Virus record (IMG/VR): IMGVR_UViG_3300033149_001989
Span: 1-64,000 of that record
Length of the DNA: 64,000 nucleotides
Reading direction: 5' to 3' (one strand)
From: a virus
The notes beneath the pieces are model-generated. The model was not told the DNA's origin and made no database searches. It saw nothing but the letters and a program-made list of their open reading frames with translations. The position numbers and the translations under genes are program-made. Below, piece by piece: positions 10,363 to 20,348 of the stretch; positions within the stretch are counted from its first letter, which is position 1, and every line of letters begins with the position of its first letter.

Positions 10363-10848
10363 TTAGTCCCACTCATGTTTCCAGCCATAAAGTCTGCCAT
10401 ATTTAGGCTTCGCTAACTTGATTGGGAACAATGCATTTAACTCATCAATATCATCTTGTAATGTGGAGCTTCTCTGTCTTGCTGATTGAACATTAGAGTA
10501 AGAAATCTCTTCATCACGCCAGGTAACAGCATTACCAGACTCATTCCACTTGGTGCTACTTTTCAAAATAATGGACGCCTGCAACACTAAAGCCCGTTCA
10601 TCCTGATACTGGATGACAGGTGGTTCAGAAAATTCAAATATCTCTTCATCACCACTACGAATAATTAAATCCTCTACACCATCTACTGTTGCAACACGGT
10701 ACTTATTATGCCACCTATTCCCCAACGCTTTAACGGCATCAAACAAGAAACCAGATAATGTGGCATCTGTATACGTATAAGGAGTATCATAATCACTTAT
10801 ATGCCGCCTAAGTTGTGGAATAAGATACGCTAACGTTGTTGTTTCCAT
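10363..10848 (-). CDS. Putative head-tail adaptor protein
   Basis: Helical N-terminus LRRHISDYDTPYTYTDATL; second gene after the major capsid gene. Confidence 0.5.
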   Translation of the reverse strand: METTTLAYLIPQLRRHISDYDTPYTYTDATLSGFLFDAVKALGNRWHNKYRVATVDGVEDLIIRSGDEEIFEFSEPPVIQYQDERALVLQASIILKSSTKWNESGNAVTWRDEEISYSNVQSARQRSSTLQDDIDELNALFPIKLAKPKYGRLYGWKHEWD

Positions 10849-10878
10849 AACACCTACCAACAAGAACAGTTCTAGAAA

Positions 10879-11379
10879 TTACCCCGAATTGCTTACTTTC
10901 ACACCGTCTAAGTTAGCTGTACTAGGTGCCACTGAAGTATCAAATTTCCTTAAGGTATTCTTCAAAAATTCTATTGTTTTATAAGGTTTATCCGCCTCTA
11001 TAGCAAACTTTAAGATTCTAGATACAGGAACTGGAGAAGTAAACTTGTCTACCCTACTCTTCATCTTAGCATAAGGTTCCTTCAACAAATCTTTCAAGAA
11101 ACCATCGGTTACCGCATTAACTTCATCAAGCTCCATCTCGTAACCCTCTGTTATCTCAAGCAAGTAACCATTTACAATGGCATTCTTATTATGCTTAAGG
11201 AAAAATTTCTCCGTCTCTTCATCGGCTATCTCAACTGTTATCTTCTCTATGGGGGATGACACTGGGTCTCCCTTCAACAAAAACTCCTCCTCAATATACG
11301 CATCCCCACGCTTTGTTAGTATTTTGCCACCAACAGCACACTTTACAGCTTTCTTAAAAACTCTAGGATATGTCTTCAC
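10879..11379 (-). CDS. Hypothetical protein downstream of major capsid gene
   Basis: GTG start with GAGGAG RBS; 166 aa. Confidence 0.65.
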   Translation of the reverse strand: MKTYPRVFKKAVKCAVGGKILTKRGDAYIEEEFLLKGDPVSSPIEKITVEIADEETEKFFLKHNKNAIVNGYLLEITEGYEMELDEVNAVTDGFLKDLLKEPYAKMKSRVDKFTSPVPVSRILKFAIEADKPYKTIEFLKNTLRKFDTSVAPSTANLDGVKVSNSG

Positions 11380-11441
11380 TTTAATTCTCCTCTGTTATTT
11401 TTATACTGAGTTTCTGAGCCTCTCTTCCACCCAGATAGTAG

Positions 11442-11475
11442 TTTGGGGGAAGGCATCAAAGCACTTCCCCCTCAA
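11442..11475 (-). terminator. Hairpin after the major capsid gene (terminator or mRNA stabiliser)
   Basis: GGGGGAAG...CTTCCCCC inverted repeat immediately after the stop codon. Confidence 0.5.
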
Positions 11476-11478
11476 TTA

Positions 11479-12393
11479 TTATGTAGCATCGGTTCTTATG
11501 ATACCAACATTCTCCATACGGTCAAACAAAAGACCAAACTGCTGATAGATTCTTAGATGCCAAGTTGGAGGTGCAGTGCCCATATCTGTCCACTGGTCCT
11601 CCCTTACATCACCGTAAGAGATAAACTCTCCACAGTTATCACCTATCACAACAATAAGGTCATCTTGTATTAGACCATTTCTGTCGTATGGGTTATCATA
11701 AACCTGCTCTAAGGATATAAAGTTGGCTCCGTAGTAAACACCAAACCAACCTGTTCTCCTTATCTCCTCCAAAGCACTTGGTACAGGAACGGCGTAGCCT
11801 GTTTCACCAGCACCAACACCAACTCTGTAACCAGCAAACTTTGTAATAGGAGCAAGAGTAGGTCTCCTACCAACCACAGCTTTCACTGAACCTGCAACAT
11901 CGGCAATACTATCAATAGCATCCTCTAGTATACTTCTAGTTAATGATGTCTCATACCAAAAGTTGGTACTATCATCAATAGTAGCCAATGTGTACAATGC
12001 GTTCATAACCTTTACAACGTAAAAGTCGGAAAGCTTAGCAATCATTTCACGTCTTATCTCGTCAACTGTGCCAATCTCGCCAGACTCTACTTCCCACTCA
12101 TTATGTGAAACTTCCGCATACGCAGTATCAAGGTTGAAGTGAACCGTTTCCTTTACTGTGATTTGGCTCGCAAGTGTATCTTGTCCAGGTACTAATTGTC
12201 TAACTTCGATTCCCCTACGCACTTTCTTCACAAGAGCATCGCCAGGATTCAATGCCCTAGTAGTTAGGAACATACCAACAATGTCCTGAGTTATGTGTTT
12301 AGGGTCAATATACTCAACAATAAGTTCGGACAAGGCACTCTTATCAGTTTTAGCAACTTCGGCTAAAGCTTCTTTAAATTTCTTCTCGTCCAT
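11479..12393 (-). CDS. Major capsid protein (HK97-like fold expected)
   Basis: 304 aa; order protease - scaffold - decoration - this gene; flanked by hairpins; EEIRRTGWFGVYYGANF resembles capsid A/P-domain motifs. Confidence 0.8.
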   Translation of the reverse strand: MDEKKFKEALAEVAKTDKSALSELIVEYIDPKHITQDIVGMFLTTRALNPGDALVKKVRRGIEVRQLVPGQDTLASQITVKETVHFNLDTAYAEVSHNEWEVESGEIGTVDEIRREMIAKLSDFYVVKVMNALYTLATIDDSTNFWYETSLTRSILEDAIDSIADVAGSVKAVVGRRPTLAPITKFAGYRVGVGAGETGYAVPVPSALEEIRRTGWFGVYYGANFISLEQVYDNPYDRNGLIQDDLIVVIGDNCGEFISYGDVREDQWTDMGTAPPTWHLRIYQQFGLLFDRMENVGIIRTDAT

Positions 12394-12405
12394 TTATTTT
12401 ACCTC

Positions 12406-12450
12406 TAGGGAGGGGGTAGAACACTCATTAACGGTCACCCTCCTCCCCTA
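12406..12450 (-). promoter_or_regulatory. Strong hairpin immediately 5' of the capsid RBS
   Basis: TAGGGGAGGAGGGT...ACCCCCTCCCTA inverted repeat. Confidence 0.45.
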
Positions 12451-12457
12451 AATTACT

Positions 12458-13063
12458 TTAGGCTGTTATGCCTGTCTTAATAGTTAGCGTGTTCTTTGTA
12501 GTATTCTGCTCGAACACAATACCAACTTTACCGTCACTTGACGCATACCATATACCGTTAGTCTTAACACTAATAGCAGCACCAATAGTGTATGTACCAG
12601 CTTCGAAGCAACCACTTGTTACAGTGTATATACCCGCATCGTAAGCAAGCATCGGTGCACCTGAAGGAATGATAGCACTCTCTTTCAGTCTCGGTACAAC
12701 CATTCTAAGAGTAACATCTTGAGGTAGATTTTCATCACCAGCCTCAAACTCCCTCAAAGTGTAAGGGATACTAACACTACTTTCATTCTCAGAAGCGAGG
12801 TCATCGTAAATTGGAGGTTTCTCGTTGTAAACCCTAAATGCCGCAACGTATCTAGCATCCTGGTCATTATCTGAAGTAGGTAATGATGCCCCCTGTGTCA
12901 CGCTGAAAATGCCCCCCTGCAAACGAGGGTCGGTATCTGGATTACCCAACAGCACCTTCGGAGAATTTGAAGCTGCTCCAAGTTTAACAGCAAGACCTGC
13001 TGTTATATCTTGTTGTGCAATACAAGGTATGGCGGTTCCTCTTAATCTAATTTCTACTCCCAT
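12458..13063 (-). CDS. Putative capsid decoration/cement protein
   Basis: Between scaffold and capsid genes; IAQQDITAGLAVKL and GKVGIV beta motifs typical of cement proteins. Confidence 0.55.
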   Translation of the reverse strand: MGVEIRLRGTAIPCIAQQDITAGLAVKLGAASNSPKVLLGNPDTDPRLQGGIFSVTQGASLPTSDNDQDARYVAAFRVYNEKPPIYDDLASENESSVSIPYTLREFEAGDENLPQDVTLRMVVPRLKESAIIPSGAPMLAYDAGIYTVTSGCFEAGTYTIGAAISVKTNGIWYASSDGKVGIVFEQNTTKNTLTIKTGITA

Positions 13064-13074
13064 CTAATTTACCT

Positions 13075-14022
13075 CTATTTGTCTCCCCTGTTTTTCTTAA
13101 TTTCCTTAAGACCTTCTGAAGCAATTGACTTTGCGTCAGTATCACTTCTATTAAGGCGAGGGACTTTTATACTTGCTGAAGCAGTCTCTGAATCAGCTTC
13201 TTTCTTAGCCTTAAGCCTCTCAATAATCTTATCAAGATTATCGTCGGACTGACTCAACCAGAAATCAGGGTCGGCATCTACATCATCATCAACGTTAGCT
13301 TCTTCAAGCTTAGCCTTGATGTCATTCAGTTTCTGCTCTCTCTCTGCGGCTTCATCAGTATCCTGCTTGAACTTCCTAAGAGACTCAAGCTCTTCTTTCT
13401 GCTCATTAAGCTGAGTTGTTAAACTTTCCAGCTCCGTTGATTTAGCCTCAAGTTCGGTCTTTGTATTACCAAGTTCCTCCTTGACACTTTCAAGCTCAGA
13501 AGTTGCCGCAGTTAGGTCGTTCTTAACTTTATCGAAATCTTCTTGCTTTATTTCACTCATAATTTCCTCTCTAGTGGCGTCATCTTCAAGTTCAATGAAA
13601 TCACAACGCTCACCCATCGTTTCACCATCATAGTATTCTACAAAGGCTTTTTCCCAGTCAATAAGTTCCGCTTCACCAGATTCTAATTCAAGGTTGTAGT
13701 GGCTTTTAGCATAACTCTTAATCTTGCTAACAATTTTAGACCATTTACTACCTAGAATAGTTTTATTCTTTTGCTGATGAACATATCTCCATGCCGCCAA
13801 ACATCTTGACTTTGTATTAAGCGGGTATCTATAACATTCTGGGTCTGCGTATTCTGATTTTTCTTTTGGATACCCTTTTGGCGGACTCTTATGACAAAGA
13901 TATGACTTATTGTCAGCGGCATCACCATCCTTCTCCGCTTGAGCAGTTACACCAGCGGTTAAAACCTTACGGATGGTTAACAACTGCGAACTGGAAATGC
14001 CACTCAAGTCTAATGTTTTCAT
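13075..14022 (-). CDS. Capsid scaffold-like coiled-coil protein with extra N-terminal domain
   Basis: Long acidic coiled coil in the C-terminal half; N-terminal YADPECYRYPLNTKSRCLAAWRY domain. Confidence 0.65.
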   Translation of the reverse strand: MKTLDLSGISSSQLLTIRKVLTAGVTAQAEKDGDAADNKSYLCHKSPPKGYPKEKSEYADPECYRYPLNTKSRCLAAWRYVHQQKNKTILGSKWSKIVSKIKSYAKSHYNLELESGEAELIDWEKAFVEYYDGETMGERCDFIELEDDATREEIMSEIKQEDFDKVKNDLTAATSELESVKEELGNTKTELEAKSTELESLTTQLNEQKEELESLRKFKQDTDEAAEREQKLNDIKAKLEEANVDDDVDADPDFWLSQSDDNLDKIIERLKAKKEADSETASASIKVPRLNRSDTDAKSIASEGLKEIKKNRGDK

Positions 14023-14024
14023 AA

Positions 14025-14600
14025 TTACACCACCTCACGCTCTTTGAGTTCTTCATCTATCAATTCTATTAAATCTTTCGCACTAATAGAAATCAAAGGT
14101 GTTCTTCCGTCATATGCAGGATGTTTAACTGCTGTCACTGCTTTAGTAGTTACTCCTTTAAGCCACTCAATACCATCTTTTTCTTCCGAATCTTTATATC
14201 TTATCTCCCAAGAAAAATCTACACTACCACCATCCACCATCTCACTCTTGAAGAACTCAACAACTTCGGGATACTCATCATTAAACAAAGCACCAATAGC
14301 CACAATTTTATTAGCCTGCTGTTGCCCTGCTTTAATAACACCAATTACGTGAGCATTAGAATGACCCTGAATCCCAAAATCTGAATCAAAATTAGCCTTA
14401 ATGGGCATATATGACATAGACTTCAGCAGGTTCGGAAACTCATCCTGACTAATACCTTGATTATTTGCATTTGGTTCATCATCAGTAAATACGAACTTTA
14501 CCCAAGTTAATAACGGATTTCTATATTCCTCTGGAATTCCAGCCTTAGCAAAATCTTCTACTAATCCTAAACTAACATTAAAAATACTGATATTTTCCAT
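14025..14600 (-). CDS. Prohead protease
   Basis: NANNQGI, GHSN, FSWEI (candidate catalytic Ser) and AVKHPAY motifs; upstream of scaffold and capsid genes. Confidence 0.7.
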   Translation of the reverse strand: MENISIFNVSLGLVEDFAKAGIPEEYRNPLLTWVKFVFTDDEPNANNQGISQDEFPNLLKSMSYMPIKANFDSDFGIQGHSNAHVIGVIKAGQQQANKIVAIGALFNDEYPEVVEFFKSEMVDGGSVDFSWEIRYKDSEEKDGIEWLKGVTTKAVTAVKHPAYDGRTPLISISAKDLIELIDEELKEREVV

Positions 14601-14640
14601 AATTCACCTATTTGGGGCAAAACAAAGCCCATGCCCTCTA

Positions 14641-14678
14641 CTATTATACTATCATTTTTTGCCAATTTTGACCAGTTT
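14641..14678 (-). promoter_or_regulatory. Putative phage-specific (late) promoter AAACTGGTCAAA-N12-TGATAGTATAAT
   Basis: The same 12-mer and spacing recur at 42264-42304 upstream of the tmRNA. Confidence 0.45.
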
Positions 14679-14698
14679 TTTGCGAAAATTGGTAAAAA

Positions 14699-15850
14699 TT
14701 AATCAACAAAACTTAATCTACCACCATTCGCTGATGAAATGGCGTGAAAGACCTTGTTAGAAACAGTTCGCCAATCAAATTTGGTATGGTTAACCGCAGC
14801 CAGTGCATCCTTTTTTCTATCCGCCAAGTAATTTCTATCAGAATATAACAAATTTAGCTTTGCCACAAAATCGTCAACACTTATAACACTACCCTTAAAT
14901 AAAGTACCAGCCATATACTCAGAACGTTCTATTTCTATATAATCAGCAGCGTTTCCCCAAATATCAAACAAATTACCGTGTCGTGGACATAGTATTGGAA
15001 TACCTGCCGCAGCACCTTCAACTAGAGATAAGCCAAACCCCTCACCTAAAGATGTATTAACATTAACATCCATAGTGTTATAAAGAATATTAATCTTATC
15101 AACAGTTAAAACTTTAGTACTAAGAATAAGTTTATCAGAAATACCGAAGTCATCAGCCAACGTTGGTAAATCATACGATATATCCTGATTAATAGAATGA
15201 ATTAGACATTTAACATCATCCTTATCTTTAGCAAATTGAGAAAAACCATCAAGAAACAGGTCAAGTCGTTTCCTATAACTATTTGAATTTATATTACCAA
15301 CTACAAAATATTTACTAAGACCAAACTGTTCCTTGACACCATCAATAGGTACAAATATACCCTTATCAACACCGTGATAAATTGCAGAAACATTTATAGT
15401 CGGATTAATTTCTAGTATCTTACTTTTAGAAAAATTGGTATATGTAAGTATCTCTTTTACACCAAAAGTACTAAGTGACAAAACATCATCCTTACTAATT
15501 GGTAAATTATTAATTGGAAATATCACCACAAACCTGGTATTACTTTCATAACCGCTAATTGTATTCTTAATATACTCAAGATACCTTATAACAATTGGTA
15601 AATCATTAAAAATGACCGCAACATCTGGATTTTCTCTCAAAACTAGATTTGCCGCAAAATCAAAAGAATATATATCCCCAGGAACACACCCAGGGTATAT
15701 GTAGTAATTACACGGATGCCTCATCCTTCCATCATAATTAATACCAAAAACACTCAAATCGCACTTGTTACAAAGATAATTACATATATTATGTGTTACT
15801 ACAGCAAACCCAGTTTGTTTTACAGCGTCTCCAATCCACAGTACCTTCAT
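14699..15850 (-). CDS. Glycosyltransferase, GT-B fold (GT4-like), paralog of 7901..9214
   Basis: VLWIGDAVKQTGF, NSNSYRKRLDLFL, GEGFGLSLVEGAAAG. Confidence 0.92.
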   Translation of the reverse strand: MKVLWIGDAVKQTGFAVVTHNICNYLCNKCDLSVFGINYDGRMRHPCNYYIYPGCVPGDIYSFDFAANLVLRENPDVAVIFNDLPIVIRYLEYIKNTISGYESNTRFVVIFPINNLPISKDDVLSLSTFGVKEILTYTNFSKSKILEINPTINVSAIYHGVDKGIFVPIDGVKEQFGLSKYFVVGNINSNSYRKRLDLFLDGFSQFAKDKDDVKCLIHSINQDISYDLPTLADDFGISDKLILSTKVLTVDKINILYNTMDVNVNTSLGEGFGLSLVEGAAAGIPILCPRHGNLFDIWGNAADYIEIERSEYMAGTLFKGSVISVDDFVAKLNLLYSDRNYLADRKKDALAAVNHTKFDWRTVSNKVFHAISSANGGRLSFVD

Positions 15851-15858
15851 TAGTCTCC

Positions 15859-16350
15859 CTATCCTGTTATATTACCATAGGTGATAACTCTATTCTTACC
15901 TCTAGACATCCTTGGAACTTTAGGTGATTCTTCTGATTCGCTTACAGGTTCATAAGTAGTTACACGCTCAACCTCGATTGCACTACTCCAATCCACAGTA
16001 ACATCATCACCTTGCATACTCCAATTAAGTTTATAAAGTTTGTTATCTTTCTCAACGATTGCAAAATCGTCAAACACGTCAGCAACCCAAGGACTACTCT
16101 GCACCTCATCCACTCTAGGTCCATTAATTGCTTCACGTATTTTCTTCTCCAGTTCCCAAAGCTCTTCCCCCATACTTAACTCACTTTCTGAGTCACTAGG
16201 AACCTTCCAATTCATTTTCTTTAATTGAGCCTTGCATATAGCAATTGCTCTTGATTCCTTATATTTTGGATTTTGCTTCATTACAGAACTAACACACTTT
16301 TCCATCCAAGCCGTTTGCTTGGGTGTTTCATTTTTTATTCCATATGGCAT
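15859..16350 (-). CDS. Hypothetical (probably head-associated) protein
   Basis: MPYGIKNETPKQTAWMEKCV...SRAIAIC N-terminus resembles small phage head-module domains. Confidence 0.55.
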   Translation of the reverse strand: MPYGIKNETPKQTAWMEKCVSSVMKQNPKYKESRAIAICKAQLKKMNWKVPSDSESELSMGEELWELEKKIREAINGPRVDEVQSSPWVADVFDDFAIVEKDNKLYKLNWSMQGDDVTVDWSSAIEVERVTTYEPVSESEESPKVPRMSRGKNRVITYGNITG

Positions 16351-16351
16351 T

Positions 16352-16846
16352 TTACTTTCTCCACACTTCAAATATTCTTTTACTATGGTCTAAGTTACAA
16401 ACATCTTCATTAAGTATATCTAGATTAATAGACAAATATTTATAAAAACCACACGATTCAACTACAAATCCTAATTTAGTAAGTATCCTAGAGGTGGTAT
16501 CCCACCGAGAGGCTTCTATAACCACAACTCTAGCGTCAGATAAAAGACCAAAAAACTCCCCAATAACTTGATTTGTATTTCTTCTTAAGTCTACTCCGAG
16601 GGCAACTATAGCATCAAAACTACCATAATTAGGTTGTTCCCCCAGTTTACGTCTATACAACTTAACCGTATCAGTAATTAGTGGTTCCACATTAGGGTCA
16701 ACACCAACAAATAGGTCATAACTATCCAAGTAATTATATAGAGGATTATTTCCGCACCCAACCTCAAATATCCTGCGATACCCTTTAACATAATAAGCAG
16801 CCAGTGCTTGACGAACACTAAAAATATCTTTATCTAAGTAGTGCAT
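16352..16846 (-). CDS. SAM-dependent methyltransferase-like protein
   Basis: IFEVGCG motif I followed by VGVDP. Confidence 0.6.
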   Translation of the reverse strand: MHYLDKDIFSVRQALAAYYVKGYRRIFEVGCGNNPLYNYLDSYDLFVGVDPNVEPLITDTVKLYRRKLGEQPNYGSFDAIVALGVDLRRNTNQVIGEFFGLLSDARVVVIEASRWDTTSRILTKLGFVVESCGFYKYLSINLDILNEDVCNLDHSKRIFEVWRK

Positions 16847-17484
16847 TTTCTTGCCTTAATTCTTAATAAACATTTTGGAAAACCCGCTTTGTAACCGACC
16901 TTAGAAGCCAAACTTTTTGAGACTTCTAACCACCCGTGCACCTCACAAACAACATAATTCTCATCCTCAATCTCAAAGCCATCAAACAATCTGTTGATAC
17001 GGTTAGTATCATAAACCCTATAAAAAGGTTTACCTTTTGAGTTATTAACAATATAAGGAATACCAAAAGGTATTTGAGCTAAAATAACACCACCATTCTT
17101 AAGAACCCTTGAAAAGTGCTTAATACCCACTAAATCACCGTCTACAGCAAAACCACCACCATAATGCCCCAACCCCAAATGCTCTAGTAAAGATGGGCTG
17201 AAAACAACGTCAAAAAAGGAATCATCAAACGGCAAATCAAGAAGTTCACATTGTTTATATTCAAAATTATCTGCTCGCCACACATACTTCCAATTACCTC
17301 TGTCAGCACCATACACGGTAAAACCATAATCGCACAGCACTTTGGTAATCATATTATGACTAATAAATCCAGTATCTAATACTACATTACCCTCTATATT
17401 CTTCAAAAACCAAGGATAGTCTATATACCACTCTGTCTTTGGCTTAAAAAATTCCTTGTAATTAAAGTCAGTTACTGTTCTCAT
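16834..17484 (-). CDS. Class I SAM-dependent methyltransferase
   Basis: VLDTG, DLPFDDSFFDVV, LEHLGLGHYG and RVLKNGG motifs. Confidence 0.8.
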   Translation of the reverse strand: MRTVTDFNYKEFFKPKTEWYIDYPWFLKNIEGNVVLDTGFISHNMITKVLCDYGFTVYGADRGNWKYVWRADNFEYKQCELLDLPFDDSFFDVVFSPSLLEHLGLGHYGGGFAVDGDLVGIKHFSRVLKNGGVILAQIPFGIPYIVNNSKGKPFYRVYDTNRINRLFDGFEIEDENYVVCEVHGWLEVSKSLASKVGYKAGFPKCLLRIKARKCTT

Positions 17485-18380
17485 AATTGATATTTCCTTA
17501 AAAAATCAACAATCCTCTTTTTATCTATCTTGTCACCCACACTAAATGTCATTTTTCTATCACCAACCCAACTTGGATGCGTTTTGGTTATACTATTATT
17601 ACCAACTTCTCTAAGCCAGCACCTTTCATCCCCTGGATTAGCCTGCCATACCATACCAACCTCAATAATAGGAATATCTGGTATATGGAATGCAAAACAT
17701 CTAGGGCCAGAATGCCCACCGACAATAAGAGAACAATTGCGTACCAACCTAGTGAACTCATCTATATTATTATACATCATAGGTATTACTTTGTCAAACT
17801 CACTATCTATATCCGACGGTTCTCCCATTTTCCAATACTCATACTTATCACCAAGATGGTTACGCACAATATCATATACTTTATTAATATCATTAATAGA
17901 AGTAATTCTATCCCTCGCTCTCACACCAAGTTTATTATTTCTATTCTGAAATATAATATACGATTTTAGCACTTTTTCACGCCTCAAGTACAACACTGGC
18001 AATCCCTTACCATATTTCAGATAGTACAAATCGAAGTATTGATAAATATAACGACACGTGTGCTGCACACCAGGGAAACCTGGATATAAAGAATTTGGTT
18101 GGCTAGTGTCAATTACTTTGTCCCAATTCTTATCATTTATATCCTTGTTGCGTGGATAATATTTCCAAGGAAGATAATAAGTTTGCTGCCAATTCCAATC
18201 GTCAACACTTAACTTCCATCTTTTAGACTCATAACCAAGAGGTGGAAAAACAATGTACACTTTATCATACCCCATATTTCTTGCTTTAAAATAGCAAGCT
18301 AATGAGTATCTAAAAATATCTGCAAACCCGATTGTACGTTTTGGTAGTTTTTCATACCCTCTAAACAATATTGTCTTCAC
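17481..18380 (-). CDS. Putative glycosyltransferase (GT9-like C-terminus)
   Basis: LVRNCSLIVGGHSGP resembles the GT9 'DSGP' motif; sugar-cluster context. Confidence 0.45.
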   Translation of the reverse strand: MKTILFRGYEKLPKRTIGFADIFRYSLACYFKARNMGYDKVYIVFPPLGYESKRWKLSVDDWNWQQTYYLPWKYYPRNKDINDKNWDKVIDTSQPNSLYPGFPGVQHTCRYIYQYFDLYYLKYGKGLPVLYLRREKVLKSYIIFQNRNNKLGVRARDRITSINDINKVYDIVRNHLGDKYEYWKMGEPSDIDSEFDKVIPMMYNNIDEFTRLVRNCSLIVGGHSGPRCFAFHIPDIPIIEVGMVWQANPGDERCWLREVGNNSITKTHPSWVGDRKMTFSVGDKIDKKRIVDFLRKYQL

Positions 18381-19507
18381 TACATAATCCCCATTGGAAG
18401 TATTATTGATTTTGGATTCGACTTCAATAGCTTATCAACAATAGGTCTTGAAAAATTTATTGCAGTAACTACAACGTCCATCCCATCAACAGCATATTCA
18501 TTCGTTATAGAAATAGGTAAATTAACAAAATATTTTTTATCTTTACTAACGTCATCATCAACAATATACTTCATATTTAACAAAGATGGCATATAATATG
18601 TTAAAACAGGTAATTGTAACGCTGCTCCATAACCAATTAGATTGCCACTTGGTAGTTCTTCCGACATGATGCCCATCCTGCTGATAAAGAAATTAAACTT
18701 CCTTATAATCTCCTCAGATTCAATTGGTTTAAAGGAATATGTTATACCGTTTAACTTAGATAATAAAACCATAAAAGTGCCCCAATACTGCATATTAAAG
18801 TCAAAACCCATAATACCAAAACCAAATTTTTTAGCAAGATAAGCAATAGACCTCATAGAAAAGTATTGACAGTGATGAGTATATACTTGGTCAAATCTAC
18901 CATACTTTACCAACGCATCCAAGCAGGGGAATTCCAACGCTATAATAGACTTATCATCCAATTGTTGCAACGATTCCATTAAAATACACGGTTCTTCTAT
19001 ATGTTCTAAAACGTGGCTACTAACAACCAAAGAATTCCTGAATTTACTAAAATCAACATTTTCGTAAAAATCGCCAATTATTGTAACACCAGGAAAATAA
19101 CCCTCTTTCAGTATTGGGTCAATTGCCGTAATATTCTCACCAAATTGTGATAACAAACCTAATGTCCCTAAATCGTTGGCACCAATCTCAACAACGTTTT
19201 TAAACGCTCTATCTCCAATAATTTCCCGCATAAACTGATAGAACCTTTTCTTATGTTTAATAGAACTATCACTCCTAGATGTTCTAAACGCATAGTTGTC
19301 ACCATATAAAACCGCAGGGTCTGGTAATGCCCCAACCTGAACGTGAGAACACTTTGGGCATCTCTGTAATTGTTGGTCTACGAACATATCAGAATCACTA
19401 GGTTTCTCATCTGTAAGCATATCAGTTAGCGGAAAACTGGGTAAATCCCTTATAATACTTACACTGCTACCACAAATGCAACATTTATCCCTATGTCTCG
19501 TAATCAC
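18380..19507 (-). CDS. NDP-sugar C-methyltransferase-like protein
   Basis: N-terminal CCIC...CPKC zinc site, VEIGAND, HVLEH, YTHHCQYFS and GYGAA motifs. Confidence 0.8.
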   Translation of the reverse strand: MITRHRDKCCICGSSVSIIRDLPSFPLTDMLTDEKPSDSDMFVDQQLQRCPKCSHVQVGALPDPAVLYGDNYAFRTSRSDSSIKHKKRFYQFMREIIGDRAFKNVVEIGANDLGTLGLLSQFGENITAIDPILKEGYFPGVTIIGDFYENVDFSKFRNSLVVSSHVLEHIEEPCILMESLQQLDDKSIIALEFPCLDALVKYGRFDQVYTHHCQYFSMRSIAYLAKKFGFGIMGFDFNMQYWGTFMVLLSKLNGITYSFKPIESEEIIRKFNFFISRMGIMSEELPSGNLIGYGAALQLPVLTYYMPSLLNMKYIVDDDVSKDKKYFVNLPISITNEYAVDGMDVVVTAINFSRPIVDKLLKSNPKSIILPMGIM

Positions 19508-20339
19508 AATTTCTCCCCTTAAGATAACCATATAAAGCATCTTGCCAACTACGACTATCACGAAGTTTCTCCGATGCCAGAGCCGTAAATCTTGGTTTTA
19601 AATTATACTCATCAAATTCATCATGATTCGCAGGTTCAATTTCAGTATCGCTTCCGATTATATGTGCAATTTCCGTAGCAAAATTATATAAACTGGTGTA
19701 ACCGCTATTTGTTATATGGTAGACACCATAATCTATATCCGCAATGGTACGGTATATACCATATGCCACATCACCAATATAAGATGGAGAATCGAACTTA
19801 TCAACCGCCATTCTAATTTTATCTTTAGTATTTAGCCACTCGATTATCTTTTCAACAATACCAGGTGCGCCGCCATGCCTCTTACCATAACAGATTGGTA
19901 AGCGAAAGATATAATACTTCGAGCAAATATTTTGTACAACCAACTCAGCCGCATATTTAGACACACCATATATACACCTTGGGTTAGGAATATCACTCTC
20001 CACATACGGTTTAGTAGCATAACCATCAAAGACGGTTTCCGAACTTATCTGTGCCAAGGTAATATTATTATCATAACATATTCTAGCCAGTTTGCTAGTA
20101 AAGACAGTGTTAATTTCAAACGCCTTAACAGGATATTTCTCACAAGGTTCTACACTATTAAGAACTGCACAATTAATAATAACTTCTGGATTATACTGCT
20201 TTATAAAATCAACAAGGTCATCAAACTGTGTCACATCGAAGTCATCACTACCAACACTAGCAACCTTCCACTTATTTAAAACAAATTCCTTGGTAATTCC
20301 AGTACCAACCAAACCAGTTCCGCCAAAAATCAATATCAT
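19491..20339 (-). CDS. rmlD: dTDP-4-dehydrorhamnose reductase-like SDR
   Basis: GGTGLVG, INCA, ISSETVFDG, PYVESD and YGVSK (YxxxK) motifs. Confidence 0.88.
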   Translation of the reverse strand: MILIFGGTGLVGTGITKEFVLNKWKVASVGSDDFDVTQFDDLVDFIKQYNPEVIINCAVLNSVEPCEKYPVKAFEINTVFTSKLARICYDNNITLAQISSETVFDGYATKPYVESDIPNPRCIYGVSKYAAELVVQNICSKYYIFRLPICYGKRHGGAPGIVEKIIEWLNTKDKIRMAVDKFDSPSYIGDVAYGIYRTIADIDYGVYHITNSGYTSLYNFATEIAHIIGSDTEIEPANHDEFDEYNLKPRFTALASEKLRDSRSWQDALYGYLKGRNCDYET

Positions 20340-20348
20340 ACTTAACTC

